DNA of 64,000 nucleotides from Moniliella sp. 'wahieum' (taxonomy: Eukaryota), in contig RSEE01000011.1 in assembly GCA_003971905.1 (NCBI GenBank), positions 558,001 to 622,000 of the forward strand. The letters are read 5' to 3'. Position 1 is the first letter of the stretch. Every line of letters starts with the position of its first letter. A program made the position numbers and the translations under genes. This document shows positions 62,829 through 64,000 of this stretch, piece after piece. The notes beneath the pieces were generated by a model. That model saw nothing but the letters and a program-made list of their open reading frames with translations, was not told the origin of the DNA and made no database searches.

Positions 62829-63487
62829 TTAATCATTAATCATTCCGTTCCGAGTAGATTCTGCCGTTGTCATTGCAGGGCACAACATGCTTCAAGTGAA
62901 GCTTCAGCGCCTTCAGCTTCAAGCTTGAAGCTTGATATATCAGGTCATCGATCACCGGCACCCCACATGCTCGTCTCTCCATGGGGATTACCGGCCTTAC
63001 CAGTTACCGGTTATTCTTGTACTATCTATCGTCCCACCAAGTTCTCTCCATCTCATTCAGGACATGATGTATGATGTATGATGATCGATGATCGCTGACA
63101 TAGGACAGGGGACATGTGACGTGCGGGGCACGAAGAGGACGTCCACTTGCAAAAACCTAGAATACCAACCACCATTAATATAGTAGGACCAAATTAAAGC
63201 CGTGCCCTCTATGAAGTCCCCCTAGTCCTAGCCATTCCGTACATGTGACATGTGTGACATGAGCATGCGAGCCCGCGGGGCCCCAACCACACTGGTCTCA
63301 GAAGCATGCAAGCCCCCATAATACTGTGAGGAGATTGTTCTCCTTAGGACCGGCACCGGGGGATCTGCATACTTAAGTAATAAACCTCTTCTTCATTTCC
63401 ATCGCTATCCATCTAAAGTTGTACCCGACATCAGCCGCACCACCTTCGCTCATTGTTACCAATATCGGCACTGGGGTTTTCCTGCAG

Positions 63488-64000
63488 ATGCTACGCCAAG
63501 TTCTATTACTGGCTCTTGCAGCCGTCCATCTCGTTCAAGCCATCCTTACCCTGAACCCGACCCGGTTCTTGGCTGGACTGGCGTTGAAACGCTCAATCTC
63601 CCCCGTGCAACCGGTCCAACGCCCGCACTGCAGACCAATGGTACCGGCCGTTGGGTCGAGGCGATCGCGAAGGCCAAGCAGGCCGTGGCCAAGCTCACCG
63701 ACGAAGAAAAGGTTTGGCTTGTGACAGGCACCGGGTGGTTGGCTGGCCAATGCTCTGGCAACATTTGGCCTCTCGAAAAGATCGGGTTTAAGGGCTTGTG
63801 TCTACAGGACGGACCTCTGGGTGTACGTGGAGCCGACTTGGTTACAGTTTGGCCCACAGGCATCACCACTGCTGCCCACATTCAGCTCGAATCTCACCCG
63901 TGCCCGCGGCGTTGGTATGGGCGAGGAGTTCCGTGCCAAAGGGGCCAATGTCCAACTGGGCCCCGGGATGAACATGCTACGTGCTCCAGAGATGGACGAA
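63488..64000 (+). CDS. GH3 beta-glucosidase, secreted (5' part; runs off the window)
   Basis: Signal MLRQVLLLALAAVHLVQA, then AKLTDEEKVWLVTG, CSGN, LCLQDGPLGVR, WPTGITTAA, MGEEFRAKGANVQLGPGMNMLR. Confidence 0.93.

Overview
Eukaryotic DNA from a GC-rich, intron-poor basidiomycete fungus; the gene style suggests Ustilaginomycotina, which is an inference. About 22 protein-coding loci are recognisable: PhoD-like phosphatase, PMA1 H+-ATPase, MoaA/MoaC (MOCS1/cnxABC-type) locus, USE1-like SNARE, ATG9, AVT1-like transporter, RVS161, mitochondrial ribosomal proteins mL41 and mL60, an RSF1/Ioc3-like WHIM+PHD protein, NmrA-like reductase, SNG1/DUF3533, Tsp2 tetraspanin, a WD40-less striatin, a PTS1-bearing alpha/beta hydrolase, KRE6/SKN1, RPA34-like, UPF3, a GPI-type GMC oxidoreductase and the start of a GH3 beta-glucosidase. 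Nearly every gene carries 1-nt indels, most likely uncorrected long-read errors, so coordinates are approximate. Relics include an aspartate aminotransferase pseudogene, a non-LTR retrotransposon fragment and two non-autonomous Helitrons. The most striking unexplained structure is intergenic: dozens of short period-7 arrays built from a palindromic hexamer A-xy-y'x'-T plus one spacer base (junction always T-N-A). About 12 of the 16 possible such hexamers are used and I saw no such tandem arrays inside the conserved coding regions. They fit hairpin-mediated (P-nucleotide) excision or repair footprints at nnTNAnn sites.
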